Positions 21,948 through 33,547 of a stretch of DNA of 64,000 bases are shown piece after piece (the first letter of the stretch is position 1; the number at the start of each line of letters is the position of its first letter). The stretch is from Escherichia coli (GTDB taxonomy: Bacteria; Pseudomonadota; Gammaproteobacteria; Enterobacterales; Enterobacteriaceae). The stretch lies in NCBI RefSeq assembly GCF_002854065.1, contig NZ_CP024147.1; one strand, given 5' to 3'. The position numbers and the translations under genes are program-made. The notes beneath the pieces are model-generated. The model was not told where the DNA came from and searched no databases. It was given only the letters and a program-made list of their open reading frames with translations.

Positions 21948-22659
21948 GCGCCTGCACCAGCCTTTCAAACAGGCGGTCTGCGATGATCGCCGCCAGTGCC
22001 ACCAGTAACGCTCCCTGGATCACATACGCGGTATTAAATCCGCTAAGCCCGATGATGATGGGCGTACCCAGCGTGCTGGCCCCTACCGTTGAGGCGATCG
22101 TCGCCGTACCAATGTTGATAATCACCGAAGTTCGCACGCCCGCCAGAATCACCGGAGCCGCCAGCGGTAGCTCGACCTTACGCAGTCGCTGACCACGACT
22201 CATTCCCATACCCTTCGCAACTTCTGTCACGCTGGCATCAATCGCTCCCAGCCCGGCAAGTGTCGCCTGCAGGACGGGCAGCACGCCGTATAGGATCAAG
22301 GCGATAATCGCTGGTTGCAGACCAAAGCCGATCACCGGAACAGCAATCGCCAGCACCGCAACGGGCGGAAAAGTCTGCCCAACGGCGGCAATAGTTTCCA
22401 CCAGTGGGCGAAATTCCGCGCCCCACGGGCGAGTGACTGCAATTCCGGCACCAGTACCAATGATCACCGCAAACAGACTCGAAATTCCCACCAGCCAGAA
22501 ATGAGCCAGTGCCAGAGCTGCAAAACTTTCTTGCTGATAAACGGGTCGTGGCAGTTGTGGGAACAAGGCAGCAAACAGCGGCTGGCTGTAAGGCAGCCAG
22601 AAAATCAGTGCCGCAAACAAAGCAATGAGCCAGAACAGCGGATCGCGCAACATCTTCAT
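21928..22659 (-). CDS. yehW: ABC transporter permease (glycine betaine/osmoprotectant uptake system)
   Basis: 243-aa polytopic ORF with ABC permease EAA-like loop (...[24 protein letters not shown]...). Confidence 0.85.
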
Positions 22660-22663
22660 ACGC

Positions 22664-23590
22664 TTACGCCTCCACCAGCAGATCCTGAAAATGCAGCGTG
22701 CCGCAAGGCTGGCCCTGCGTGTTCACCACCGGCAGCACCTCGCATCCCCGCGCGACAAACAGAGAGAGCGCATCGCGTAGCGTCATCTCTTCTGCCAGTG
22801 CCTCACCTTCTGCTCGTTCTTCGCGACGCACGTAATCCGCCACACTACGTAACGAAAGCAGGCGCACACCCAGTTCACTACGTCCAAAAAAATGGCGGAC
22901 AAAATCATTCGCCGGACGAGTCAGCATCGTCAGCGGATTGCCCTGCTGCACCACTTCACCGTGATCCATCAATACCAGATGTTCTGCCAGCCGTAGCGCC
23001 TCATCAATATCATGAGTGACCAGCACAATAGTGCGCCCCAGCAAACGGTGAATGCGCGTCATCTCTTGTTGCAACGCGCCGCGCGTTACCGGGTCCAGTG
23101 CGCCAAAAGGTTCATCCATCAGTAAGACTTGCGGATCGGCAGCCAGTGCACGGGCCACTCCCACACGTTGCTGCTGACCACCGGAAAGCTGATGCGGATA
23201 ACGCTCACGCAAATTTGACTCCAGCCCCAGTAGCGCCATTAATTCGTCGATACGATCGTCAATCCGTGCCCGCGACCATTTTTGTAATTGCGGCACGGTA
23301 GCGATGTTTTGCGCCACGCTCCAGTGGGGGAACAGGCCAATAGATTGAATGGCATAGCCCATCCGGCGGCGCAACTCCAGTACTGGCAGCGAGCGAATTT
23401 CTTCTCCGGCAAAGCGGATCTCTCCGCTGTCATGCTCCACCAGGCGGTTAATCATTTTCAGGGTGGTGGATTTACCGGAGCCAGATGTGCCAATCAGCAC
23501 CGAAAAACTCCCTTCCTGAAAATTGAGATTGAGATCGTTAACGGCTTTTTGTGCGCCAAACAGTTTGCTGACATGGCTAAATTCAATCAT
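22664..23590 (-). CDS. yehX: ABC transporter ATP-binding protein
   Basis: 308-aa ORF with Walker [10 protein letters not shown], signature LSGGQQQRV and Walker [12 protein letters not shown]. Confidence 0.9.
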   Translation of the reverse strand: MIEFSHVSKLFGAQKAVNDLNLNFQEGSFSVLIGTSGSGKSTTLKMINRLVEHDSGEIRFAGEEIRSLPVLELRRRMGYAIQSIGLFPHWSVAQNIATVPQLQKWSRARIDDRIDELMALLGLESNLRERYPHQLSGGQQQRVGVARALAADPQVLLMDEPFGALDPVTRGALQQEMTRIHRLLGRTIVLVTHDIDEALRLAEHLVLMDHGEVVQQGNPLTMLTRPANDFVRHFFGRSELGVRLLSLRSVADYVRREERAEGEALAEEMTLRDALSLFVARGCEVLPVVNTQGQPCGTLHFQDLLVEA

Positions 23591-24740
23591 TACGTTTCAC
23601 CTTCAACAGTGCGATAAGTAAATCGAACAGCGCATCGATCAGCACCGCCAGAACAATTACCGGGATCACCCCCAGCAACACTAAATCAATGGCGCTGCTT
23701 AGCAGCCCCTGGAAAACCAGCGCACCAAAACCGCCTGCGCCGATTAACGCCGCAATCACCGCCATGCCTACAGTTTGCACCATCACCACCCGCAGGCTGC
23801 GCAGAAATACCGGTAACGCCAGCGGTAACTGAACATGCAGGAATCGCTGCGCCCCGCTCATGCCCATCGCTCTGGCGCTCTCCAGCACATCGCGCGGGAT
23901 CTGGTTCAAGCCGACTACCACGCCACGCACCAGCGGCAGCAAGGCATAGAGCACCAGCGCAATCAGTGCGGGTGTCATTCCGGTTCCTGCTATGCCAAGC
24001 TTCCCCAGCCACGGAAAGGCCGTAACCAGTCCGGCAAGCGGCGCAATCAGCAGGCCAAAGAGCGCCACCGAAGGCACGGTCTGAATGACATTGAGCAGAG
24101 AAAAAATCGCCCCCTGCCGCGCGGTGGAAAAGTAGCACCAGATGCCCAACGGCACACCAATCACTAACGCAGGCAGCACCGCACCAAACAGCAACGTCAG
24201 ATGTTGTGCCAGCGCGTCGTCAAACACATCCTGACGGTTGGCGTATTCTTTCATTAGTGAGAGATCGTTAAGCGTGCCGGAGTACAGCAACCACAGCGGA
24301 ATAATGGCAATCTGCATATGCAACAACCAGCGCCACAGCGGATGCGTGGAGATTCGGCGGATGGCATCGCTACAGGCCAGCAATGCCAGCGCCGCAGCCA
24401 GCCAGAAACCACTGCCGAGGCTGGTACGCGCCAGCGAACTGCCATTTTGCGCCAGTTGGGTCGCCGCCTTTCCAGCTCCCCACACCAGCAATACGAAGAC
24501 GAATTGCGCCAGAATGAGTGCAAAAATGCTGCCTTTTTTAGCGGGAATAAAACAGGCTGTCAGCCAGGCGCAACCAACGCCCACCAGCATCCAGATCGTT
24601 TGCGGCCACAGCTGCCAGAGATGTCGCCCTTCACCCGAGACTAAACGATTAGGCGCGTAGCTGATAAACGGCAGCGCTGCTGCGATTGCCGTCAGCAACA
24701 GCAGCAGCGCCAGAACAGGATTAATACGTAGATAAGTCAC
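23583..24740 (-). CDS. yehY: ABC transporter permease
   Basis: 385-aa polytopic ORF with permease motif (...[24 protein letters not shown]...). Confidence 0.85.
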   Translation of the reverse strand: MTYLRINPVLALLLLLTAIAAALPFISYAPNRLVSGEGRHLWQLWPQTIWMLVGVGCAWLTACFIPAKKGSIFALILAQFVFVLLVWGAGKAATQLAQNGSSLARTSLGSGFWLAAALALLACSDAIRRISTHPLWRWLLHMQIAIIPLWLLYSGTLNDLSLMKEYANRQDVFDDALAQHLTLLFGAVLPALVIGVPLGIWCYFSTARQGAIFSLLNVIQTVPSVALFGLLIAPLAGLVTAFPWLGKLGIAGTGMTPALIALVLYALLPLVRGVVVGLNQIPRDVLESARAMGMSGAQRFLHVQLPLALPVFLRSLRVVMVQTVGMAVIAALIGAGGFGALVFQGLLSSAIDLVLLGVIPVIVLAVLIDALFDLLIALLKVKRND

Positions 24741-24746
24741 GGGAAA

Positions 24747-25664
24747 TTACTTCGTCCACCCTTTTTGTTTCAGGTAGTCGGCAGCCACTTTTTTGGCATC
24801 CAGTCCTTCCACTGCAATGCTGGCATTCAGTTGCTGCAATGTTTTTGCATCGAGGCTGGCGAAGACTGGCTGTAGCCACTGTGCCATTTGCGGATACTCT
24901 TTCAGCACCGACTCACGCACCACTGGTGCTGGCGCGTAGATAGGTTGCACGCCTTGCGGATCGCTTAAGGTTTGCAGCCCCAGCGCCGCGACTGGACCGT
25001 CAGTGCCGTAAGCCATTGCGGCATTAACGCCAGAAGTTTGCTGGGCAGCGGCTTTAATCGTCACCGCCGTGTCGCCACCAGCCAGTGACAGCAACTGATC
25101 CTGACCGAGCTTAAAGCCATAGGCTTTTTCAAACACGGGTAAGGCATCGGCGCGTTCGATAAACTCTGCCGAGGCTGCCAGTTTGAAGGTGCCGCCCTCT
25201 TTCAGATAACGACTCAGGTCAGCAAGCGAAGTGAGTTTGTTTTTCTCTGCCACATCCTGACGCACGGCGATGGTCCAGGTGTTATTTGCAGGTGCGGGCG
25301 TCAGCCAGATTAACTTGTTTTGCTCTGCATCGAGTTTTTTGACTTTCTCGTAACCTTGCTGCGCGTTTTTCCACGCTGCATCGTTTTCATCTTTAAAGAA
25401 AAACGCGCCATTGCCGGTATATTCCGGATAGATATCCAGTTCACCGGAAGTAATCGCCCCGCGCACCACAGGAGTCGTTCCGAGTTGCACTTTATTGACC
25501 GTCGGTACGCCGTGGCTTTCCAGTACCTGCAAAATGATATTGCCGAGCAGCGCGCCTTCAGTATCGATTTTTGAACCGACTTTAACGGGAGAAGCTGCCT
25601 GTAGCGGCAGGCTCACGGCTGCCAACATAACCAGTGAACCTGCCCAGACCTTTGAGAGTGGCAT
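24747..25664 (-). CDS. osmF: Periplasmic glycine betaine-binding protein
   Basis: 305-aa ORF with signal peptide MPLSKVWAGSLVMLAAVSLPLQAASP; first gene of the osmF-yehYXW operon. Confidence 0.85.
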   Translation of the reverse strand: MPLSKVWAGSLVMLAAVSLPLQAASPVKVGSKIDTEGALLGNIILQVLESHGVPTVNKVQLGTTPVVRGAITSGELDIYPEYTGNGAFFFKDENDAAWKNAQQGYEKVKKLDAEQNKLIWLTPAPANNTWTIAVRQDVAEKNKLTSLADLSRYLKEGGTFKLAASAEFIERADALPVFEKAYGFKLGQDQLLSLAGGDTAVTIKAAAQQTSGVNAAMAYGTDGPVAALGLQTLSDPQGVQPIYAPAPVVRESVLKEYPQMAQWLQPVFASLDAKTLQQLNASIAVEGLDAKKVAADYLKQKGWTK

Positions 25665-25805
25665 GATGCTTTCCTCATTCTTTTACTGTTGTTTTCAGCG
25701 AATTAAGAGAAAAGCATAGTTGATAATGGCGGGGTTAGCCTGAGCGGACGGATTCAGTTGCAGAATCAGATAAATACTTAAGAGGCATATTCGGTCCGGC
25801 GTTTC

Positions 25806-25841
25806 CTGCCGGATGCGGCGCGAGCGCCTTATCCGGCCTAC
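25806..25841. repeat. REP element in osmF-bglX intergenic region
   Basis: cctgccggatgcggcgcgagcgccttatccggcctac matches the REP family motif. Confidence 0.7.
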
Positions 25842-25915
25842 AAAGGGCGAAAATTCAGCAAGTTAAGATATGAACATCAGGCAAAGGGCGCAAACGTCGC
25901 GCCCTTACTAAAGCA

Positions 25916-28213
25916 TTACAGCAACTCAAACTCGCCTTTCTTAACGCGTGCGGAATCAGTGCCGATAAAGACATTGAACTTGCCAGGCTCGGCGTCATAT
26001 TTCATCTGTTGATTCCAGAACTTCAGCGCCTCGATATCAATCGGGAAGCTGACGGTCTGAGTTTCGCCCGGCTTCAGCGTGATTTTCTCAAAGCCTTTAA
26101 GCTGCTTCACCGGACGACTCATGGAAGCCGTCACATCCTGCAAATACATCTGAATCACCGTGGCCCCCTCGCGCTTACCGGTGTTCGTCACCTGCACGCT
26201 GGCGGTCACTTTGCCGTCACGCTTCATGGTCGGCGCAGAAAGTTTCACATCAGAGACGGTGAAAGTGGTATAGCTCAGCCCATAGCCGAACGGATAAAGC
26301 GCCCCGTTAGCTTCATCAAAATAACGCGAAGTGTATTTGTTCGGCTTATCGGCATTATACGGACGCCCGGTATTCAGATGGCTGTAGTACACCGGGATCT
26401 GCCCGACAGAACGCGGAAAGGACATCGGCAGCTTGCCGGACGGGTTGTAATCGCCAAACAATACATCGGCAATCGCATTACCGCCTTCAGTCCCGGCAAA
26501 CCAGGTTTCCAGAATCGCATCAGCTTGCTGATCTTCTTTCACCAGCGCCAGCGGACGCCCGTTCATCAGCACCAGCACCAGCGGTTTGCCGGTGGCTTTC
26601 AGGGCGGCAATCAAATCACGCTGGCTTTGCGGAATAGTGATATCGGTACGGCTGGAGGCTTCGTGCGCCATCCCCTGGGCTTCACCGACCACAGCCACCA
26701 CCACATCAGACTGTTTCGCCGTCTGCACCGCTTCATCAATCATCTCTTGCGGCGAGCGCGGATCGACTTTGACCGCTTCTTCATACTGATTCAGGAAATC
26801 GATAATGCCTTTGTCACTGGTAACGTTCGCCCCTTTGGCATACAGCACTTTACCGTTTTCACCGACGGCATTTTTAATCCCTGTTAGCACAGTAACAGAT
26901 TGATCGGCGACACCGGCTGCGGACCAGCTGCCCATCACGTCACGTTTACTGTCCGCCAGTGGCCCAACCACCGCAATGGTGGCCGATTTTTTCAGCGGTA
27001 ACGTTTCGAGACGGTTTTTCAGCAACACCAGGCTTTCACGCGCCACTTCACGCGCTTCTTTACGGTGCAGGCGGCTTTCGGCATTGGTATCCATCGGGTC
27101 AGACTCTTTCGGACCGAGATGGCTGTATGGGTCGTTAAACAACCCCATATCATATTTAACGTTCAGTACATGGCGGGCAGCATCGTCCAGCTCTGCCATC
27201 GTCACTTTGCCGGATTTGATCAACCCAGGCAGATACTTCGAGTAGTACTCGTCGCTCATGCTCATGTTGATTCCGGATTTCAGCGCCACGCGCACCGCAT
27301 CTTCCGGGTCTGCCGCCGTGCCATGTTTAATCAGTTCTTTGATTGCACCATGATCGGAAACGGTGATGCCTTTAAAGCCCCACTGGTCGCGCAGAACATC
27401 TTTCAGCAGCCAGGAGTCGGAGGTGGCTGGCGTGCCGTTGAGTGAGTTCAGCGCCACCATTACCGCACCGCTGCCTGCGTCCAGCCCCGCTTTGTACGGC
27501 GGCATATAATCATTAAACAGGCGCTGCGGACTCATATCGACGGTGTTGTACTCTTTACCGCCTTCTACCGCACCGTATGCGGCAAAGTGTTTGACGCTGG
27601 TCATCACCGAGTAGCGATCTGCCGGGCTTTTACCCTGCATCGCTTCCACCATGGTTTTACCCATTATTGAGGTGAGATACGTATCTTCGCCAAAACCTTC
27701 GGAAGCACGTCCCCAGCGCGGATCGCGCGAGACATCGACCATCGGTGCCCAGGTCATATTCAGGCCATCATCTGCCGCTTCATAAGCAGAGACACGTCCG
27801 ACCGTTTTCACTGCATCGAGGTTAAAAGACGAGGCCAGACTGAGGCTAATCGGGAACACCGTGCGCTGACCGTGCAGCACGTCGTAAGCAAAGAAAAGAG
27901 GAATTTTCAGGCGGCTTAATTCCATCACCTGATCCTGCATGGCGCGGATATCCTGACGGGTTACGGTGTTGAAAATCGCCCCAACCTGACCGTCTTTGAT
28001 CATCTCGCGGATCGCCTCTTTCGGGTTATCCGGGCCGACGCTGATTAAGCGCAGCTGACCAATTTTCTCATCAACTGTCATTTTCTTAAGCAGTTCGGTG
28101 ACGAACGCATCCCGCGCTTCAGGCGTTAATGGATGGTTACCGAATAAATCATCCGCCAGTGCTGGCTGCAGGGCCAGACTCACCGCGATTCCTACTGAAC
28201 ATAGCCATTTCAT
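25916..28213 (-). CDS. bglX: Periplasmic beta-glucosidase (GH3)
   Basis: Translation MKWLCSVGIAVSLALQPALADDLFGNHPLTPEAR...; 765 aa after trimming the 789-aa ORF. Confidence 0.9.
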   Translation of the reverse strand: MKWLCSVGIAVSLALQPALADDLFGNHPLTPEARDAFVTELLKKMTVDEKIGQLRLISVGPDNPKEAIREMIKDGQVGAIFNTVTRQDIRAMQDQVMELSRLKIPLFFAYDVLHGQRTVFPISLSLASSFNLDAVKTVGRVSAYEAADDGLNMTWAPMVDVSRDPRWGRASEGFGEDTYLTSIMGKTMVEAMQGKSPADRYSVMTSVKHFAAYGAVEGGKEYNTVDMSPQRLFNDYMPPYKAGLDAGSGAVMVALNSLNGTPATSDSWLLKDVLRDQWGFKGITVSDHGAIKELIKHGTAADPEDAVRVALKSGINMSMSDEYYSKYLPGLIKSGKVTMAELDDAARHVLNVKYDMGLFNDPYSHLGPKESDPMDTNAESRLHRKEAREVARESLVLLKNRLETLPLKKSATIAVVGPLADSKRDVMGSWSAAGVADQSVTVLTGIKNAVGENGKVLYAKGANVTSDKGIIDFLNQYEEAVKVDPRSPQEMIDEAVQTAKQSDVVVAVVGEAQGMAHEASSRTDITIPQSQRDLIAALKATGKPLVLVLMNGRPLALVKEDQQADAILETWFAGTEGGNAIADVLFGDYNPSGKLPMSFPRSVGQIPVYYSHLNTGRPYNADKPNKYTSRYFDEANGALYPFGYGLSYTTFTVSDVKLSAPTMKRDGKVTASVQVTNTGKREGATVIQMYLQDVTASMSRPVKQLKGFEKITLKPGETQTVSFPIDIEALKFWNQQMKYDAEPGKFNVFIGTDSARVKKGEFELL

Positions 28214-28408
28214 ATGGATTTTTCTTCCTTTGTTGCCCGACGTGGCAGCGAAAATGGTGCAAAAACCGTAGTTTGCCATAAGCATGATGGAGAGAGAAAA
28301 AGAATGCTCAGTTTATTGTCTGAATTTTCAAAATATTCACTCGCTGAATTGTCATACAAGGCGCTATTCTAGTTTGTGATATTTTTTCGCCACCACAAGG
28401 AGTGGAAA

Positions 28409-30124
28409 ATGTCTTCCATGACAACAACTGATAATAAAGCCTTTTTGAATGAACTTGCCCGTCTGGTCGGTCATTCACACCTGCTCACCGATCCCGCAAA
28501 AACGGCCCGCTATCGCAAGGGCTTCCGTTCTGGTCAGGGCGACGCGCTGGCTGTCGTTTTCCCTGGCTCACTACTGGAATTGTGGCGGGTGCTGAAAGCC
28601 TGCGTCACCGCCGACAAAATTATTCTGATGCAGGCTGCCAATACAGGCCTGACCGAAGGATCGACGCCAAACGGTAACGATTATGATCGCGATATCGTGA
28701 TCATCAGCACCCTGCGTCTCGACAAGCTGCACGTTCTCGGCAAGGGCGAACAGGTGCTGGCCTATCCGGGCACCACGCTTTATTCGCTGGAAAAAGCCCT
28801 CAAACCGCTGGGACGCGAACCGCACTCGGTGATTGGATCATCGTGCATTGGCGCATCGGTTATCGGCGGTATCTGTAATAACTCTGGTGGTTCGCTGGTG
28901 CAGCGTGGCCCGGCGTATACCGAAATGTCGTTATTCGCGCGTATAAATGAAGATGGCAAACTGACGCTGGTGAACCATCTGGGGATTGATCTGGGCGAAA
29001 CGCCGGAGCAGATCCTTAGCAAGCTGGATGACGATCGCATCAAAGATGACGATGTGCGTCACGATGGTCGTCACGCCCACGATTATGACTATGTCCACCG
29101 CGTTCGTGATATTGAAGCCGACACGCCCGCACGTTATAACGCCGATCCGGATCGGTTATTTGAATCTTCTGGTTGCGCCGGGAAGCTGGCCGTCTTTGCA
29201 GTACGTCTTGATACCTTCGAAGCGGAAAAAAATCAGCAGGTGTTTTATATCGGCACCAACCAGCCGGAAGTGCTGACCGAAATCCGCCGTCATATTCTGG
29301 CTAACTTCGAAAATCTGCCGGTTGCCGGGGAATATATGCACCGGGATATCTACGATATTGCGGAAAAATACGGCAAAGACACCTTCCTGATGATTGATAA
29401 GTTAGGCACCGATAAGATGCCGTTCTTCTTTAATCTCAAGGGACGCACCGATGCGATGCTGGAGAAAGTGAAATTCTTCCGTCCGCATTTTACTGACCGT
29501 GCGATGCAAAAATTCGGTCACCTGTTCCCCAGCCATTTACCGCCGCGCATGAAAAAATGGCGCGATAAATACGAGCATCATCTGCTGTTAAAAATGGCGG
29601 GCGATGGCGTGGGCGAAGCCAAATCGTGGCTGGTGGATTATTTCAAACAGGCCGAAGGCGATTTCTTTGTCTGTACGCCGGAGGAAGGCAGCAAAGCGTT
29701 TTTACACCGTTTCGCCGCTGCGGGCGCAGCAATTCGTTATCAGGCGGTGCATTCCGATGAAGTCGAAGACATTCTGGCGCTGGATATCGCTCTGCGGCGT
29801 AACGACACCGAGTGGTATGAGCATTTACCGCCGGAGATCGACAGCCAGCTGGTGCACAAGCTCTATTACGGCCATTTTATGTGCTATGTCTTCCATCAGG
29901 ATTACATCGTTAAAAAAGGCGTGGATGTGCATGCGTTGAAAGAACAGATGCTGGAGCTGCTACAGCAGCGCGGCGCGCAATACCCTGCCGAACATAACGT
30001 CGGTCATTTGTATAAAGCACCGGAGACGTTGCAGAAGTTTTATCGCGAGAACGATCCGACCAACAGTATGAATCCGGGGATCGGTAAAACCAGTAAGCGG
30101 AAAAACTGGCAGGAAGTGGAGTAA
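28409..30124 (+). CDS. dld: FAD-dependent D-lactate dehydrogenase (membrane-associated)
   Basis: Translation MSSMTTTDNKAFLNELARLVGHSHLLTDPAKTARYRKGFRSGQGDALAVVFPGSLLELWR...; 571 aa after start trimming. Confidence 0.9.
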   Translation: MSSMTTTDNKAFLNELARLVGHSHLLTDPAKTARYRKGFRSGQGDALAVVFPGSLLELWRVLKACVTADKIILMQAANTGLTEGSTPNGNDYDRDIVIISTLRLDKLHVLGKGEQVLAYPGTTLYSLEKALKPLGREPHSVIGSSCIGASVIGGICNNSGGSLVQRGPAYTEMSLFARINEDGKLTLVNHLGIDLGETPEQILSKLDDDRIKDDDVRHDGRHAHDYDYVHRVRDIEADTPARYNADPDRLFESSGCAGKLAVFAVRLDTFEAEKNQQVFYIGTNQPEVLTEIRRHILANFENLPVAGEYMHRDIYDIAEKYGKDTFLMIDKLGTDKMPFFFNLKGRTDAMLEKVKFFRPHFTDRAMQKFGHLFPSHLPPRMKKWRDKYEHHLLLKMAGDGVGEAKSWLVDYFKQAEGDFFVCTPEEGSKAFLHRFAAAGAAIRYQAVHSDEVEDILALDIALRRNDTEWYEHLPPEIDSQLVHKLYYGHFMCYVFHQDYIVKKGVDVHALKEQMLELLQQRGAQYPAEHNVGHLYKAPETLQKFYRENDPTNSMNPGIGKTSKRKNWQEVE

Positions 30125-30160
30125 AAATTACGGATGGCAGAGTATCGCCATCCGTAATTC
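30124..30160. terminator. Bidirectional stem-loop between convergent dld and pbpG
   Basis: ttacggatggcagagtatcgccatccgtaa inverted repeat flanked by A-run upstream. Confidence 0.55.
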
Positions 30161-30162
30161 AC

Positions 30163-31095
30163 TTAATCGTTCTGTGCCGTCTGCCCCGCCGCCGCCATTT
30201 GGGCGGCTTTTTGTTTTTTATAGCTCAACGCTGCTGCCGGAACAGGCATCACTTTACCGGTTTCAATCCAGGTTCGCAGGCGGCTGGCATCGGCAAAATG
30301 GGTATATTTGCCAAACGCATCCATCACTACCAGCGCCACCGGTTTATTATTGATAACCGTACGCATCACCAGACAATGGCCCGCCGCATTGGTAAAGCCG
30401 GTTTTGGTTAGCTGGATATTCCAGTTATCGCGATACACCAGATGATTAGTATTGCGGAACGGCAGCGTATACGTCGGGTTAGAGAAGGTTGCCATATCTT
30501 CCCGGGTGGTACTTAACTGCCCGATCAACGGATATTGTTTGCTGGCAATGAGCAGTTTGGTTAAGTCACGGGCGGTTGAAACGTTATGCACCGACAATCC
30601 GGTCGGTTCAACAAAGCGCGTGTTGTTCATTCCGAGCGATTTCGCTTTCGCATTCATCGCCTTAATAAAGGCTTTGTAACCACCGGGATAATGGTGCGCA
30701 AGGCTTGCCGCCGCGCGGTTTTCTGAAGACATCAACGCCAGCAACAGCATATCTTTACGGCTGATTTCGCTGTTCAGTCGTACGCGCGAATAGACCCCTT
30801 TCATCTCCGGCGTCTGGCTGATATCCACTTTTAGTTTTTCATCCAGCGGCAGTCGTGCATCCAGCACGACCATCGCAGTCATTAATTTGCTGATAGACGC
30901 AATCGGACGCACCAGATCCGGGTGGTTCGAATAGATCACTTTGTTGGTATTCAGATCAACAATCATCGCGCTACCGGAGGCAATTTCCGGTTGTGAAGCG
31001 GTGGTAGCGGCTGCCGTTTTCGCAACGGCCTGCGGTGCAAAAGGCACAGCCAGCATCAGGGTCAGGCTAAATAAAGAAACTCGAAATTTCGGCAT
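30163..31095 (-). CDS. pbpG: D-alanyl-D-alanine endopeptidase (PBP7)
   Basis: Translation [11 protein letters not shown]... with SISK active-site motif ([11 protein letters not shown]); 310 aa after start trimming. Confidence 0.9.
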   Translation of the reverse strand: MPKFRVSLFSLTLMLAVPFAPQAVAKTAAATTASQPEIASGSAMIVDLNTNKVIYSNHPDLVRPIASISKLMTAMVVLDARLPLDEKLKVDISQTPEMKGVYSRVRLNSEISRKDMLLLALMSSENRAAASLAHHYPGGYKAFIKAMNAKAKSLGMNNTRFVEPTGLSVHNVSTARDLTKLLIASKQYPLIGQLSTTREDMATFSNPTYTLPFRNTNHLVYRDNWNIQLTKTGFTNAAGHCLVMRTVINNKPVALVVMDAFGKYTHFADASRLRTWIETGKVMPVPAAALSYKKQKAAQMAAAGQTAQND

Positions 31096-31268
31096 GATGA
31101 GCATTCAGATAGTGGTTCACGCGCACGGGTTGCGCACCGCCGGAGTAAGGATTTACTGAGGCTAGCGACGCCATCATAACGAGCAAAAAGTGCGATCGTC
31201 AAAGGAGAATCGTGAGGAAATGCTGCATTGCTGACATTTACGCCAGCAATGCAACGTCAAAGAACTTT

Positions 31269-31856
31269 CTAGAACAAACGATAACCGTAGCCCCATAGTA
31301 TAACGGTAAGGGCGAGCAGCACTTCCAGTACCAGCACGCCAATCGCCAGCGTCGAACTGGAGAAGCTAAGGCCTTCCTCTTTGTTGATATTCAGGAAGCT
31401 CGGAATACCAAGGTAAAGCAGGTAACCGGTGTAAAACAGTGCCACCGTGCCGACCAGCGCACACAACCAGACCAGCGGATAAAGCGCCACCAGACCGCTT
31501 AAAAACAGCGGAGTTGCAACGTAGCCCGCGAAGACCATGCAGTGCGCAAGTGACGGACGCTGCGGGTAATTGCGCGCCATCCACCAGATGACCCGCCCCA
31601 TCACCGCAACCCCAGCCAGCATAACGCCGTAAAACAAGACAGCCAGCGCCAGTCCGGTAAACCAGGATAACTTCAGGATAGTGCCATCGCCAAAATTCCA
31701 GCCAATCTGTGTAGTGCCAATGAAGGCGCAAATCACCGGAATCGCCGCCATCAGCAAAACGTGGTGGGTGTAATGGTGAGAAATCGTTTCGTTTTCGCGA
31801 TTAATCACCTGCATTTCACGATCGGGATGGGAAAACAGTCCCCAGACATGGCTCAT
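31269..31856 (-). CDS. yohC: Inner membrane protein (Yip1 family)
   Basis: Translation MSHVWGLFSHPDREMQVINRENETISHHY...; 195 aa, multiple TM segments. Confidence 0.8.
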   Translation of the reverse strand: MSHVWGLFSHPDREMQVINRENETISHHYTHHVLLMAAIPVICAFIGTTQIGWNFGDGTILKLSWFTGLALAVLFYGVMLAGVAVMGRVIWWMARNYPQRPSLAHCMVFAGYVATPLFLSGLVALYPLVWLCALVGTVALFYTGYLLYLGIPSFLNINKEEGLSFSSSTLAIGVLVLEVLLALTVILWGYGYRLF

Positions 31857-32025
31857 ACCGCCCCCTTGTTGTGAGTTCATGAACCTGACAGTTCAAGTAT
31901 AAGTCAGCTTGTGATTATTTTTTGTTCGCCCATGTAATTTGCACCGTCTGATGTACGTCCTTTTTCAGCGTGAATGATTCACAGGGTGTATGCTTACAGG
32001 CAACCAAAGGGAGACAGACTGGCCT

Positions 32026-32604
32026 ATGGATCTCAATACACTCATCTCACAATATGGTTATGCCGCGCTGGTGATCGGTAGCCTGGCGGAAGGTGAAACC
32101 GTGACTTTGCTGGGAGGCGTTGCGGCGCATCAGGGGCTATTAAAGTTCCCGCTGGTGGTACTTTCTGTGGCGCTTGGCGGCATGATTGGCGACCAGGTGC
32201 TTTATCTGTGCGGGCGGCGGTTTGGCGGCAAGCTGTTACGCCGTTTCTCGAAACATCAGGATAAAATTGAGCGGGCGCAGAAACTTATCCAACGCCATCC
32301 GTATCTGTTTGTCATTGGTACGCGCTTTATGTATGGCTTTCGGGTGATTGGCCCGACGCTGATTGGTGCCAGCCAGCTGCCGCCGAAAATCTTTCTGCCG
32401 CTTAATATTCTCGGCGCATTTGCCTGGGCGTTGATTTTTACCACTATCGGTTACGCTGGTGGTCAGGTGATTGCGCCGTGGTTGCACAATCTCGATCAGC
32501 ATTTGAAGCACTGGGTCTGGTTGATTCTGGTCGTGGTTCTGGTGGTAGGCGTGCGCTGGTGGCTGAAACGACGCGGGAAGAAAAAGCCGGATAATCAGGC
32601 GTAA
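32026..32604 (+). CDS. yohD: DedA-family inner membrane protein
   Basis: Translation MDLNTLISQYGYAALVIGSLAEGETVTLLGG...; 192 aa. Confidence 0.8.
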   Translation: MDLNTLISQYGYAALVIGSLAEGETVTLLGGVAAHQGLLKFPLVVLSVALGGMIGDQVLYLCGRRFGGKLLRRFSKHQDKIERAQKLIQRHPYLFVIGTRFMYGFRVIGPTLIGASQLPPKIFLPLNILGAFAWALIFTTIGYAGGQVIAPWLHNLDQHLKHWVWLILVVVLVVGVRWWLKRRGKKKPDNQA

Positions 32605-32611
32605 AACCATT

Positions 32612-32693
32612 GCCCTGGATAAGGCGTTCGCGCCGCATCCGACATCCGGGGCACCATGCCTGATGCGACGCTTGTGCGTCTTATCATGCCTAC
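32612..32693. repeat. BIME-like pair of REP elements in yohD-yohF intergenic region
   Basis: ggataaggcgttcgcgccgcatccgaca and gcctgatgcgacgcttgtgcgtcttatcatgcctac are REP-family palindromes in opposite orientation. Confidence 0.65.
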
Positions 32694-32733
32694 CAAAATT
32701 TTACCCATTGAAATAACCACGCACCTCACTGCG

Positions 32734-33495
32734 CTATTCTGGGTTGAACTGCGGATTCGCCAACATAAAGCCGCCATCCACTATCAACGACTGCCCGGTG
32801 GTGTAATTTGCGCCCTCTGAGCACAGCCACGCTACCAGGCTGGCAATCTCATGCGTTGCGCCAAAACGCCGCAGAGGAATCGAAGGCTCCGCGTCGGGCT
32901 TCACGTCGCTGTCATCCATGCCATTCATTGGCGTGGCGATCGCCCCAGGCGCGACTGCGTTCACCAAAATCTTATGCCTGACCAGCTCCAGCGCCATCGC
33001 TTTGGTTAACCCACCGAGCGCATGTTTAGCGGCTGTGTAGGCGCTGGCATCCGGCAGCGGCGTATGTTCATGTACCGACGTAATGTTGATGATGCGACCG
33101 CCCTGCCCTTGTTTCACCATCTGGCGGGCCGCAATTTGTGAGCATAAAAATGCACCATCGACATCAACGGTAAAAATCTTGCGCCACTCATCGAAAGCCA
33201 TATCAAGAAACGGCGCTTTGGTCATTGCGCCCGCATTATTCACCAGCACATCAATACGCCCCAGCCGTTGAATGAGTTTCTCCAGCGCCTGCGCACCTTC
33301 TGGCAGTTTACCGAGATCCAGCTGCACAATCTCCGCACGTACGCCGTGGCTAACTACCTCACGCGCGGTATCTTTTGCCCCTTCTTCATCTGAGTGCCAG
33401 GTAATGCCAATATCAAACCCTTGCTGCGCCAGTAATAACGCGCACTCTTTGCCGATCCCCGAATCGGAGGCGGTAATAATCGCTACCTGTGCCAT
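32734..33495 (-). CDS. yohF: Short-chain dehydrogenase/reductase
   Basis: Translation MAQVAIITASDSGIGKECALLLAQQGFDIGITW... with SDR Rossmann motif and YxxxK; 253 aa. Confidence 0.85.
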   Translation of the reverse strand: MAQVAIITASDSGIGKECALLLAQQGFDIGITWHSDEEGAKDTAREVVSHGVRAEIVQLDLGKLPEGAQALEKLIQRLGRIDVLVNNAGAMTKAPFLDMAFDEWRKIFTVDVDGAFLCSQIAARQMVKQGQGGRIINITSVHEHTPLPDASAYTAAKHALGGLTKAMALELVRHKILVNAVAPGAIATPMNGMDDSDVKPDAEPSIPLRRFGATHEIASLVAWLCSEGANYTTGQSLIVDGGFMLANPQFNPE

Positions 33496-33547
33496 CGAGT
33501 TCTCCACTTAACGCTGAATAAACGTTAAGTATAGAAGTCACATATCA

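Noticed and set aside
26009-26887. 292-aa plus-strand ORF inside bglX, and similar long antisense ORFs inside metG (14232..14963), cirA (51327..52178), preA (41512..42252), yeiH (56015..56617), yehX (22315..23019) and nupX/psuT
   Set aside because: All are entirely nested opposite well-recognised conserved genes, have low-complexity Arg/His/Pro-rich translations and no recognisable domains. They are shadow ORFs typical of GC-biased coding DNA.
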